Shown: positions 8,668 through 17,233, numbered from the stretch's first letter. The stretch: DNA of 25,145 bases from a virus (IMGVR_UViG_3300031625_000232:1-25145); one strand, 5' to 3'. Notes: generated from the letters alone by a model not told the origin. A program made the numbers and translations.

Positions 8668-9093
8668 TTATGTAGCAGGGTCTTCTTTAGGTGGTTCGAT
8701 ATCACCTTCTGGTCCCATATCTTCAATGTCATATTCCCAGGTATATTCATTTGACCAATCTGGCTCATCTGATTGTATCCACTCTGCACTATCGCCATCA
8801 TAGCAATAATCTGTTGCACAGTTACCATACATATTGTACTCGTCCCACTCCCATTGAGTAGGTTCCATCCAAACTTGCATACCGGCATCCCAATAAGACT
8901 CATCACCGAATCCTTCTGGTTTTGCATGAGTTGGTGTATCTGGATGCATATAATCACCTTCCATTGGTCCTACGAAGTTCATATCATATTCTTCAATTCC
9001 GTGAGGTATTTCTTGTAACTTCATTGTTAAATCATTTAATTTACAACTGATTTCGTAAATCATGTCATATACTTCAATTCTTGGATCTATCAT
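8668..9093 (-). CDS. Highly acidic, aromatic-rich hypothetical protein
   Basis: 141 aa, hand count 37 D/E vs 5 K/R and 7 W; SD AAGGAG, upstream ATAAATA (9149-9155), downstream terminator. Confidence 0.75.
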   Translation of the reverse strand: MIDPRIEVYDMIYEISCKLNDLTMKLQEIPHGIEEYDMNFVGPMEGDYMHPDTPTHAKPEGFGDESYWDAGMQVWMEPTQWEWDEYNMYGNCATDYCYDGDSAEWIQSDEPDWSNEYTWEYDIEDMGPEGDIEPPKEDPAT

Positions 9094-9184
9094 AGTTTTA
9101 ATCTCCTTTAACTACCTTTATCATAACGATTCTATATCATTATACCTATATTTATTGGGATCTAAGAAGTTACCGGAAATTGGA

Positions 9185-9616
9185 CTAGAATTTTGCGAGG
9201 TCTCTGACAGCTCTAAGTACGTTAGATAGCATGCCAAAGTTGTTGCTTGCTTTTTCTAATAACTCGTTGTTTGGTCTAGTTGATAAAGCAGATTGCAGAA
9301 AAGCTATTTGACCCATTTGACTGTAGTATGTATTAGTTGGCCATTTCTTTTTCTTAATTTCCCAAGCATCAATGAATAGGCATTCCTCACCAATAGCTCG
9401 GAGTATTGGTTGTCTAGATTTACCTCTAGGTACCGATTGGGCTTCTAATATTTTAATAGCAACGGTTTCTCTGCCAATGTCGGTGCGTTCAATTGTACGG
9501 GCAATAGTAAACACAAGAAAATGTTCTACTTCTGGGTCTAAGTATACAGGAGTAACACTAGTTGCTTCAGTTACTAATTCCCACCCTGCTCTGATGTAAG
9601 GGTTCCAGTCTGTCAT
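9185..9616 (-). CDS. Hypothetical helical protein
   Basis: 143-aa ORF; TAAATA 5 nt before ATG, no SD (leaderless-like). Confidence 0.65.
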   Translation of the reverse strand: MTDWNPYIRAGWELVTEATSVTPVYLDPEVEHFLVFTIARTIERTDIGRETVAIKILEAQSVPRGKSRQPILRAIGEECLFIDAWEIKKKKWPTNTYYSQMGQIAFLQSALSTRPNNELLEKASNNFGMLSNVLRAVRDLAKF

Positions 9617-9628
9617 ACTAATATTTAG

Positions 9629-10030
9629 TTAAATTTTACCTTGACCTAAGGTGCTTAATCCGTTAAGCCATAGTACAATATCGTTGTTTACGAGTCGTAC
9701 CTCAAGGTAATCAGCTTCTCCAAATAACCTTAGGTAACCAGCACCAATATAATAGGGCCATTCGCAGTGACTTTGTAATCCTATTAAATGTCCAGCAGTT
9801 AAACGAAATTGTGCAGGTAGTTGAAAAGAATAATGTGTAAAATCATTACGCATCAGATGCCAACCAAAACTAGTAAGCCTTAGTCCCTTTTGTCTGCCCT
9901 CTTGATAGTTTTTAAACATACTATACGGAGTGACCTCCGTATTATCCCATATGCCTTGTCGTTTTTCTAAACCAGAATAATGGCCAACTATTTTATTTGC
10001 TAGATCCATGCTCGACAATTTTCCTGCCAT
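9629..10030 (-). CDS. Hypothetical phage protein
   Basis: 133-aa ORF in the minus-strand run. Confidence 0.65.
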   Translation of the reverse strand: MAGKLSSMDLANKIVGHYSGLEKRQGIWDNTEVTPYSMFKNYQEGRQKGLRLTSFGWHLMRNDFTHYSFQLPAQFRLTAGHLIGLQSHCEWPYYIGAGYLRLFGEADYLEVRLVNNDIVLWLNGLSTLGQGKI

Positions 10031-10295
10031 TTTTTAATTCAATAACTGAAAAATCATTAGCTCTAAATAACTTGTTTAATCTATCTGACAAATTAAATGC
10101 ATGTCCTGGATTAGAGAAAGAAACCTTCTTATACTTAGGTCCTGGATACGAAACAAGTGAATTTAAAGTTCGCAAATTAATAGGTTTGTCTTTATAAAAC
10201 ACTGCATAGATTGCATCGGCAGAAAGCACTTCTTCTGCTTTATAAGTTGTAGGGTTTGTATATGTTAATAATACTGTCGGTTTAGGTCTGCTCAT
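9993..10295 (-). CDS. Hypothetical basic phage protein (MSRPKP...)
   Basis: 100-aa ORF, SD GAGG, TAAATA at 10314-10319. Confidence 0.7.
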   Translation of the reverse strand: MSRPKPTVLLTYTNPTTYKAEEVLSADAIYAVFYKDKPINLRTLNSLVSYPGPKYKKVSFSNPGHAFNLSDRLNKLFRANDFSVIELKNGRKIVEHGSSK

Positions 10296-10350
10296 AGTTA
10301 TTTCCTCTAACAGTATTTAGCCTATTAATACCGTTAAGTATACTTATAAC

Positions 10351-11334
10351 TTATCCATATACGGAACTTAACCACTCCGAATGATGTTGAGCCTGATCTA
10401 CTGCTTTCTGCATATCATGTTTACCGCAGAATTTCATAAAATGTATTCCAACTCCAGATTTCTTAGGTACTTGCACTGCTTCTGCAATAGTAGCATCAAG
10501 CTCTGCAATAATATTATCTGGTTGCTTATGTAAATCAATAATACTAACATTGCGTTCGTAATCATCTCTAACTACATGTTCAACACCTTCATGATCAGTC
10601 CAACGTTGCAACATTAAGTTATTCCACATAAACCCTTTGTTATCTCTATCTGCAAATGCTTCAATAAGACCTACTTTATTTTTAGTACCTTTTGTACGAA
10701 CACCAGGATAAGCACTAAAGATGTTATCTGACGTATCACCACGCATACACTTCTCAAATAACATAAAGTCAGGCTGTGGAGCCGCTTTTACTTCTTTTGT
10801 TTTCTTATCTTTAACTGGCTTACCTCTATCGTCAAAGTATCCTTCGATAGTAGTCTTAATACCAGTTATTCCATTAAACAAATCAACATTAGGTGCAATT
10901 AATTGTTCAAAATCTTTGTCACTTGACACAATAACATGTTTATCATTAGGATGTAAGTCAATCCAACGTGCAATTAAATCATCTGCTTCAACACCAGGAT
11001 TTTGCAATACTGTAACATTAGTACGTTGTGTTAGATATTCTTTAAACGTATCAAAGCTCTCCCAAAAGACCTTTTCGTCTTCTTGTTCACGAACTGTAAG
11101 TTTATCCCTAGCGACTTTACGTTGTGCTTTGTAAGGTTTATAAACTTCTTTACGCCAACTACGTCCTTCGAAGCAACAAACTACATGAGTTGCTTTTTGT
11201 TCACGCCATTGCTTTAAGATACTAGCAAATATAATATGATAGCTCATTGCAACTCGTTCTTCTGATGTTCCGTGACGTATTACATGCCTGGCACGAAAAA
11301 ACAAGTTCGCCGCATCAACTAGTAAAAAAGACAT
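10351..11334 (-). CDS. rnh: T4-type RNase H / 5'-3' flap exonuclease
   Basis: LLVD-N, SWRK...YKAQR, EADD, SSDKDF, GDTSDNI motifs of the FEN/5'-3' exonuclease family; no polymerase domain. Confidence 0.88.
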   Translation of the reverse strand: MSFLLVDAANLFFRARHVIRHGTSEERVAMSYHIIFASILKQWREQKATHVVCCFEGRSWRKEVYKPYKAQRKVARDKLTVREQEDEKVFWESFDTFKEYLTQRTNVTVLQNPGVEADDLIARWIDLHPNDKHVIVSSDKDFEQLIAPNVDLFNGITGIKTTIEGYFDDRGKPVKDKKTKEVKAAPQPDFMLFEKCMRGDTSDNIFSAYPGVRTKGTKNKVGLIEAFADRDNKGFMWNNLMLQRWTDHEGVEHVVRDDYERNVSIIDLHKQPDNIIAELDATIAEAVQVPKKSGVGIHFMKFCGKHDMQKAVDQAQHHSEWLSSVYG

Positions 11335-11364
11335 ATGTAACTCCTAAAGTTTTAGTACTTAATT

Positions 11365-11396
11365 AGTATAACATAGCATAAATGTAAAGTCAACCT
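11365..11396 (-). promoter_or_regulatory. Sigma70-type early promoter
   Basis: AGG-TTGACT-17 nt-TATACT with TGn extension, upstream of rnh. Confidence 0.75.
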
Positions 11397-11770
11397 TTAT
11401 TTCTTTCTTTAAAGTTGATCACTGCTGATTTAATTGCATCTTCGGCTAATACACTACAATGAATTTTAACTGGAGGTAATGCTAATTCAGATGCTATATC
11501 TTTATTTGTAATTGTGTTTGCTTGGTCTAAAGTTTTACCTTTTAACCATTCGGTTACCAAACTTGAACTTGCAATAGCTGATCCACAACCAAATGTTTTA
11601 AATTTAGCATCTACTATTGTCTCGTTATCTACTTTAATTTGTAATTTCATTACATCACCACAAGCAGGAGCTCCTACTAATCCAGTTCCTACTGTTGGGT
11701 CAGATTTATCAAACGTACCTACATTACGAGGGTTCTCGTAATGATCTAAAACTTTGCTACTATAAGCCAT
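11390..11770 (-). CDS. iscU: Fe-S cluster scaffold IscU
   Basis: MAYSxKVLDHYENPRNVG, GAPACGDVM, FGCGSAIASSS, LPPVKIHCS (HscA-binding LPPVK). Confidence 0.97.
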   Translation of the reverse strand: MAYSSKVLDHYENPRNVGTFDKSDPTVGTGLVGAPACGDVMKLQIKVDNETIVDAKFKTFGCGSAIASSSLVTEWLKGKTLDQANTITNKDIASELALPPVKIHCSVLAEDAIKSAVINFKERNKG

Positions 11771-11813
11771 AATTTATGGTCCTCTTCTTTCTAATAGCTA
11801 TTTATGTATATTT

Positions 11814-12071
11814 TTAGATACCTTGAGTTCGTTTTGGCTTAGTTGTTGCCCTAAGTGTTAAGTACTCTCTTAGACGTTCTTCATTAAAGCAATATGTTTT
11901 GCCAGGGCCATTGAATTGTTCTTTGTATAATTGTTCTATCCTAGTAAGGTTTGCTCTGGCTGACGTTTGGCAATGTTCTAGGCTTGTAAAGTTTGGTTCA
12001 GTTAGTATAAAATGTTCCGATGTGCCGTCAGGGGCTACATGCATTGCTACTAACACTATTAACCATTTCAT
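11814..12071 (-). CDS. Small exported/membrane-anchored two-Cys protein
   Basis: Hydrophobic N-terminus MKWLIVLV, FTSLEHC...TYCF. Confidence 0.6.
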   Translation of the reverse strand: MKWLIVLVAMHVAPDGTSEHFILTEPNFTSLEHCQTSARANLTRIEQLYKEQFNGPGKTYCFNEERLREYLTLRATTKPKRTQGI

Positions 12072-12415
12072 AATTGGTTCTGTGTTTTCTCGTTAGTACG
12101 AATTCTGTTACCATCTGCAATAGCCGAATCTTGTGCGGCTCCATCCATACTAACGTTTGTACAAAGGTCTGTAAACCATTGATCGACTACTGACTCTGGA
12201 GTAGGACCATAATAGTTTGCCTTAATTAGGTGTTTAACAAATGCAGGATTCCATTCTAGTTCAAAATAACCTTCTTTTGGATTATCCTTATTAATATCAC
12301 AAGTAATAACATTAACCCAGGGTTCCTTGCTGTCTTTCATTTTCTCAGACATTGGTGTAACTACTGCCGCCGGGGTCTTCTTAAGTTTTTCTTTAATCCA
12401 GTTAATCATTGTCAT
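12068..12415 (-). CDS. Hypothetical phage protein
   Basis: 115-aa ORF, ATGA overlap with the downstream gene. Confidence 0.7.
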   Translation of the reverse strand: MTMINWIKEKLKKTPAAVVTPMSEKMKDSKEPWVNVITCDINKDNPKEGYFELEWNPAFVKHLIKANYYGPTPESVVDQWFTDLCTNVSMDGAAQDSAIADGNRIRTNEKTQNQL

Positions 12416-12590
12416 CTCTTTCTCGTGCTTCCAGTTGTGTTATAATAGAGTTTCTTTCTTCATCAGTATACTTTCGCCAACCAATTCTTTCTTCGTCGGT
12501 GCGATAGCAACCGATACAATATTCTCCATTAGGACCATACCCTGCTACGCATATACCCTGGCATGGGTTAGTATCAATTGAATGTGACAT
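12402..12590 (-). CDS. DUF1289-family small Cys-rich (putative Fe-S/metal-binding) protein
   Basis: PCxxxC...CxGCxRTxxExxxW pattern. Confidence 0.8.
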   Translation of the reverse strand: MSHSIDTNPCQGICVAGYGPNGEYCIGCYRTDEERIGWRKYTDEERNSIITQLEARERDDND

Positions 12591-12609
12591 TTTACTCCTT
12601 GTAAGAAGT

Positions 12610-12631
12610 ACCAGACCCCTAAGGGCCTGGT
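12610..12631 (-). terminator. Intergenic hairpin (weak terminator or stability element)
   Basis: ACCAGGCCC-TTAG-GGGTCTGGT, 9-bp stem with one G-U; poor U tail. Confidence 0.4.
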
Positions 12632-12638
12632 TCTTGCT

Positions 12639-12830
12639 TTAGTGCAGGACTGCTCCGTCCTCATATAAATTTATACCCATTACTCGAAGTAGATTCTCCA
12701 TTTCGATTGGTACATCTGATTCTTGTTTACCTTGAGGAATAAAAATTCCTTTAACATGGCCATCATCTCCAAAGATTAATGCCCAGTCATTGTCTTCCAT
12801 TATGTCGTCTAGTCTACCTTTTACTTGCAT
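12639..12830 (-). CDS. Hypothetical small acidic protein
   Basis: 63-aa ORF with SD GGGAG. Confidence 0.6.
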   Translation of the reverse strand: MQVKGRLDDIMEDNDWALIFGDDGHVKGIFIPQGKQESDVPIEMENLLRVMGINLYEDGAVLH

Positions 12831-12854
12831 TTTACTATCTCCCTTTTAAAAGTT

Positions 12855-13133
12855 TTAGTCTTTGCAAGGTACTCCAGCTGTAACCGGACCAACAGATCCA
12901 TCATCTTTGATCTGTTTGAAATAAAACTTATCTCCGTTTTTTAGTAATAGCTGATCAATTGGACGGAACGCCTGAGAACCATCTGAACCTGGGTTGTTAA
13001 CTACTTCGTGACAACCTACCCAATCCCATGAAGCTACATCTGCTTTTGATGTAATAACTGCATAATTGGGTCCAGTACAAGCGGATACGAGAATTATCGA
13101 AGTTAAAACTGTCATTACCTTAATTGTATTCAT
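12855..13133 (-). CDS. Predicted lipoprotein
   Basis: Signal peptide with lipobox LVSA-C at Cys19. Confidence 0.7.
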   Translation of the reverse strand: MNTIKVMTVLTSIILVSACTGPNYAVITSKADVASWDWVGCHEVVNNPGSDGSQAFRPIDQLLLKNGDKFYFKQIKDDGSVGPVTAGVPCKD

Positions 13134-13188
13134 CTATTAGAAATCCTTTTCTACATTAGTTTTAATTGCTTTAAGCAAGCAACACTAT

Positions 13189-14076
13189 TTATGTTCCGAT
13201 AGCATTACCAAACAAGTAAACATGAACCCTTGCGGCAACATTGTATCCTCGTTTAAATGCTTTTTCTGCAACCGCACCTGCTGTTGCATGTTGTTCTTCT
13301 TCTCTAGCTCCTACGGGCATAACCCATACAGGCCACATAACGCCAGCTTTCCTAAACTGACTAATAACCCCTTCCATTTCTTCCCAATGTTCTTCTTTAT
13401 GGCCTACTACAAACTTTAGTTGACCTGTTTTTGATAAATTATAATACTCTGCAACTGTCTCAGGTTTAATTGCCTTTGAAGCTTTTTCTCCTGCTACAGA
13501 CCAAAGTTTAGGACTACAAGAAAAGAATATTTCAGTATCTATTGATTCTACCCAATTCTTAAAGTCGTTGCTTAATTCCTGTGTACCATTAGTTTCAAAT
13601 GTCATACTACCTGGCAAATTATTTTGCTTTAGTAATTCATTATATATTCCAATAACTGCACGTTGTCCGGTAATCATAAGTGGCTCACCGCCTGTAACAC
13701 ATAAATGTTGCTTATATTGTGAAACAGGATGTAAGAACAAACCTTCTGGATTACTATCTGTTCTGATAATGTCAATAATTTTGTTTGCTAATACTTCAGG
13801 CTCTTCATGTCCCATTAGGCTCTTAAATTTCTTTGCCCATGTATAACTGCTATCACAACCTTTGTCCCAAACAGGTAAGTCCTCAACTCTACTTACACTT
13901 GATACATCAAAATCTTCAAATGGTAGTTCGTATGTGCTAGGATCAGTTGGATCTATTTGCCCAAAGCCATTACATTGCAAGTTACATAAAAAGAAACGTA
14001 TCCATGCAGTAGGTACACCAGTATAATGCCCTTCTCCTTGGATACTGTGAAATATTTCACTATAATAGTATTTCAT
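13189..14076 (-). CDS. queE: 7-carboxy-7-deazaguanine synthase QueE (radical SAM)
   Basis: EIFHSIQGEG, IRFxxCNLQC...CDS, VTGGEP, ETNGT, SCSPK, LKFVV, RVHVYLFG. Confidence 0.92.
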   Translation of the reverse strand: MKYYYSEIFHSIQGEGHYTGVPTAWIRFFLCNLQCNGFGQIDPTDPSTYELPFEDFDVSSVSRVEDLPVWDKGCDSSYTWAKKFKSLMGHEEPEVLANKIIDIIRTDSNPEGLFLHPVSQYKQHLCVTGGEPLMITGQRAVIGIYNELLKQNNLPGSMTFETNGTQELSNDFKNWVESIDTEIFFSCSPKLWSVAGEKASKAIKPETVAEYYNLSKTGQLKFVVGHKEEHWEEMEGVISQFRKAGVMWPVWVMPVGAREEEQHATAGAVAEKAFKRGYNVAARVHVYLFGNAIGT

Positions 14077-14097
14077 ATTCTCTCCTCATTATAACGT

Positions 14098-14129
14098 ATT
14101 ATACTATAGTTCATTTATAAAGTCAACCT
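14098..14129 (-). promoter_or_regulatory. Sigma70-type early promoter
   Basis: AGG-TTGACT-17 nt-TATAAT, upstream of queE. Confidence 0.8.
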
Positions 14130-14883
14130 ATATTTTTACCGTAAATTCTTTATATTTTTCAATGCTCTTATCAAGCAATATCTCTAATTTTGTTAAATCT
14201 ACCCAACCCTTAATAACTGCTAGTACTTTACGGTTTGTCCCATCAAAGTCTGCACCATGTAAGTAATCTTCGTTGTTCCAGGCAAATGTATTAGTACTAT
14301 CTGGTAATACAATATAATGTTTTTTATCTATTGGTACCTCAGTATTTGGTTTGTGTTCTTTAGCAGATGTAAGCCAAAATGTAGGTTTAGGATTATCATC
14401 TTGTAACATTACACGAATTTCTGTAGGAAAGAACATTTTACCATCTAAACTATCTGGCATGTTACCATCGTAGTGTGCTGGTATTTCTTTATGTGCTGAC
14501 CAAAGCCTAATACTTCTTATCCTAACAAATGGTAGTTCGTTAAACATTCGTTGTACCATAATAGGACTTATTGCTCTAGCCTCTTCTGTAATCTTAGTAC
14601 CCCAAGATCCATATTCATACAGATCCATGTCCTCATGTAATGCTAACCCATGCCATTGAGTTTTAGTTATATCTGGATTAGTTAAATTAGCAGAGCCTCT
14701 GTCAATATGGTTTCTCCAAACAACATGATTTTCATTTGTCCATAGATCCCAGAAAGCATCTGGATCGTCAAATACAAAAGGTTCTAAATCAAGTGGTAAA
14801 GAAACTATATCCTTATACTTGTAGTTAAGGTGTGGGCATTTAGTAAGATCTATTAAATCTCTTAGCTCGTTATAATTAGGCAA
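14128..14883 (-). CDS. Putative 2OG-Fe(II)/cupin-fold oxygenase
   Basis: IPAHYD (HxD) and distal LHGAD; TTG start after GGAG, abutting the ferredoxin stop. Confidence 0.55.
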   Translation of the reverse strand: MPNYNELRDLIDLTKCPHLNYKYKDIVSLPLDLEPFVFDDPDAFWDLWTNENHVVWRNHIDRGSANLTNPDITKTQWHGLALHEDMDLYEYGSWGTKITEEARAISPIMVQRMFNELPFVRIRSIRLWSAHKEIPAHYDGNMPDSLDGKMFFPTEIRVMLQDDNPKPTFWLTSAKEHKPNTEVPIDKKHYIVLPDSTNTFAWNNEDYLHGADFDGTNRKVLAVIKGWVDLTKLEILLDKSIEKYKEFTVKI

Positions 14884-15210
14884 CTAGTTCTCCATTAAAT
14901 GTTTTTTATCTTTAATGTCTTTAAACTTATCTGCTTCTGGCAATGGATCTTTCTGTGTTATAATATTAGGCCAGACTAAAGACTTTTCTTCGTTGATTTT
15001 AATCCAATCCTTGTCAGCAAAATCTTTCATTCCGTAATCATCAATAATTGCATCAACTGGACATTCAGGAATACATACACCACAATCAATACATTCATCA
15101 GGATTAATTACAAGCATATTTTCACCTTCGTAAAAACAGTCTACTGGACAAACTTCAACACAATCTGTATACTTACATTTAATGCATGCGTCTACAACAT
15201 AATGTGGCAT
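14884..15210 (-). CDS. fdxA: 7Fe-type ferredoxin (FdxA)
   Basis: [43 protein letters not shown]; start MPHYVV at 15210. Confidence 0.95.
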   Translation of the reverse strand: MPHYVVDACIKCKYTDCVEVCPVDCFYEGENMLVINPDECIDCGVCIPECPVDAIIDDYGMKDFADKDWIKINEEKSLVWPNIITQKDPLPEADKFKDIKDKKHLMEN

Positions 15211-15211
15211 T

Positions 15212-15751
15212 TTATTTCTTCTCCCAAGGGAAGACAATCCATTTATCTTCTTCTTCTTTATTAATTTCTATCGACGAGTAATGAACTTCAGTATCACTAC
15301 TTAGATTATCTACAATAGATGCAAATCTAACATTGCCTCCCCAAACAGTATTCCACGATTCTTCATTTGGTAAGCATCCTGCAGGCCAGTCTTGTTTAAT
15401 CCAATTAAACGTTGCACCAGTGTCATTAATATCATCTACAATTAGAATTTTTTTACGTCTAGATGGATCCCATCGGCATTTATGAAGTTCACGTTCTTCT
15501 TCTGGAACATAGCCAAATGCATCTTCTGACATCCAATAATTAGATTCTGGCTGGCCAGTTGCATCTCTAAGCCTAACATCTAACGTATGCATAGACAAAC
15601 TATATTGATGACTTAGTAATATTGCTGGTAATAAGCCGCCCCTAGTAATACCAACAACGTAATCGGGCCGCCAGTTATCTTTCCACATCTGACTTGCAAT
15701 GTCATGAACAGCCTCTTCGACCTGCTCGCCTGTTAAAAACATTTTTTTCAT
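15212..15751 (-). CDS. Type I purine phosphoribosyltransferase (Gpt-like)
   Basis: [12 protein letters not shown] loop [14 protein letters not shown]-terminal WIVFPWE. Confidence 0.88.
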   Translation of the reverse strand: MKKMFLTGEQVEEAVHDIASQMWKDNWRPDYVVGITRGGLLPAILLSHQYSLSMHTLDVRLRDATGQPESNYWMSEDAFGYVPEEERELHKCRWDPSRRKKILIVDDINDTGATFNWIKQDWPAGCLPNEESWNTVWGGNVRFASIVDNLSSDTEVHYSSIEINKEEEDKWIVFPWEKK

Positions 15752-15753
15752 GT

Positions 15754-16194
15754 CTACTCCTCTTGATAGTTATCGGGTCCAGATAGTAATTTTTCCATAG
15801 TTTTGTATTCATTATACAGTTGACGCAGTCCTTCAAACTTTTCATTTAACTTTATGTTAGGTTCTAGTATAGCAAGTTGCTTTTTAATCATAGCAATATC
15901 GTTAGCCATTGCGTGGACGTCAATTATAGGCAAATCAGATTGATAATTAACATGCGGAGAATGAGAAAAATGAGGATCACTAATTGATATTGCGCCTGGA
16001 TCACTAATTGATATTGCTCCTAAATTAGGACCAGTACTACCAACACCTAAGTCTCCGTGTACAGTTATTGTATTTGATTGAGATGAAGATGTATTAATAG
16101 TTGTTCTCTTACTCATATCTGTTTCACCAATTTCTCTTGCATAAACTGTAGTCCCGCCATCCGGACTTTCATATATGTACTTCTTTTCTGACAT
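15754..16194 (-). CDS. Hypothetical phage protein (YESPDGG N-terminus, internal repeat, C-terminal coiled coil)
   Basis: 146-aa ORF between folE and the PRTase. Confidence 0.7.
   Translation of the reverse strand: MSEKKYIYESPDGGTTVYAREIGETDMSKRTTINTSSSQSNTITVHGDLGVGSTGPNLGAISISDPGAISISDPHFSHSPHVNYQSDLPIIDVHAMANDIAMIKKQLAILEPNIKLNEKFEGLRQLYNEYKTMEKLLSGPDNYQEE
15974..16021. repeat. In-frame 24-bp tandem duplication (2 copies)
   Basis: GGATCACTAATTGATATTGCGCCT / GGATCACTAATTGATATTGCTCCT, 23/24 identical, encoding GAISISDP twice. Confidence 0.9.
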
Positions 16195-16196
16195 TA

Positions 16197-16877
16197 TTAA
16201 TTTTTAGGCTTATTAACAATATTCATAAATTCTGCCCTTACAGATGAATCAGTTTTAAATACACCACCTAGTTTACTAGTTACTGTAAAGCTACCTGTAT
16301 CTTCAACTCCTCGTGACTTAACACAATAATGTTGGGCATCTACTACAACCGCAACATTATCTGTTTCTAAGATAGCTTGTAGTGCATGAAATACTTGCTC
16401 TGTTAAGCGTTCCTGAATTTGAGGACGTTTAGCAAAGTATTCAACAATACGATTAATCTTTGATAATCCTAATACTTTTTGTTTTGGAATATAACCTACT
16501 GTAGCAAGACCGTCAATAACAACAAAATGATGTTCACAGTTACTTTGAACATTAATATTCCGTTCAATAACCATTTCATCATATTTCATTTTATTATCAA
16601 CTGCGGTGCATTTAGGAAATGCTTCGTAATCGAGACCCCAAAAGATTTCATTTACATACATTTTTGCAACTCGCTTAGGCGTATCAATTAGACTATCGTC
16701 TGACAAATCAAGCCCTAGTGCTTCCATAATATTAATAAAGTTTTTCTCAATAATATCAATCTTATCTGTACGACTTAGATTGTTATCAATAGTAGGAGTT
16801 TCAACTCCTTGCTTAACTAGATATTCATGGATTGCTTTTCCCAGAATGGGATCGGTTTTAGTTTTATTATATGACAT
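16197..16877 (-). CDS. folE: GTP cyclohydrolase I
   Basis: DTPKRVAKMY, SNCEHHF, GLSKINRIV, RPQIQERLT, HYCVKSRGV. Confidence 0.97.
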   Translation of the reverse strand: MSYNKTKTDPILGKAIHEYLVKQGVETPTIDNNLSRTDKIDIIEKNFINIMEALGLDLSDDSLIDTPKRVAKMYVNEIFWGLDYEAFPKCTAVDNKMKYDEMVIERNINVQSNCEHHFVVIDGLATVGYIPKQKVLGLSKINRIVEYFAKRPQIQERLTEQVFHALQAILETDNVAVVVDAQHYCVKSRGVEDTGSFTVTSKLGGVFKTDSSVRAEFMNIVNKPKN

Positions 16878-16941
16878 TTTCTGTTCCTTCCTTACACGGA
16901 TAATGTTAATTTAGTTAGGCTACCTTTGTGTAGCTTGCTTC

Positions 16942-16990
16942 TATTTATGAGTTTATAAGTTATTATACACTCTTTTTACGCACAAAGCAA
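16942..16990 (-). promoter_or_regulatory. Possible tandem promoters for folE (sigma70-like plus late ATAAATA)
   Basis: TTGCTT-17 nt-TATAAT (16990-16962) and ATAAATA (16948-16942). Confidence 0.45.
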
Positions 16991-17233
16991 GACATCACTT
17001 GGCCATAATTCAAGAAATTCCATCATATCTTCCCGTTTAGTAAACGTTATATATGTGGTTGTTGACATGTTATTAACTAATTCCTTGCTATTTCTAAGAT
17101 GATGGATTTTTCTCCAATCAATTGGTTGATTTTTATAATTATTGGCAGTCCATCGTTTACCACAATTAGCATTAAGCCATTTTTTAATTTTAGCTAACTC
17201 TACTACACTTTTATCTAACTTAATGTTGTTCAT
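16976..17233 (-). CDS. Hypothetical phage protein (W...FxxxED-M-F---W motif)
   Basis: 85-aa ORF, ATGA overlap with the glutaredoxin. Confidence 0.6.
   Translation of the reverse strand: MNNIKLDKSVVELAKIKKWLNANCGKRWTANNYKNQPIDWRKIHHLRNSKELVNNMSTTTYITFTKREDMMEFLELWPSDVLLCA

Noticed and set aside
8658-8957. Alternative-frame minus-strand 99-aa ORF
   Set aside because: Nested in 8668..9093, which has the SD, promoter and terminator; its Met/Ile/Gln bias is a frame-shift echo of the acidic codons.
16878-16948. Canonical preQ1-I or THF-II riboswitch upstream of folE
   Set aside because: AGCUACAC recalls the B. subtilis preQ1-I loop, but the enclosing P1 stem and A-rich tail do not match; kept only as an unclassified candidate leader.
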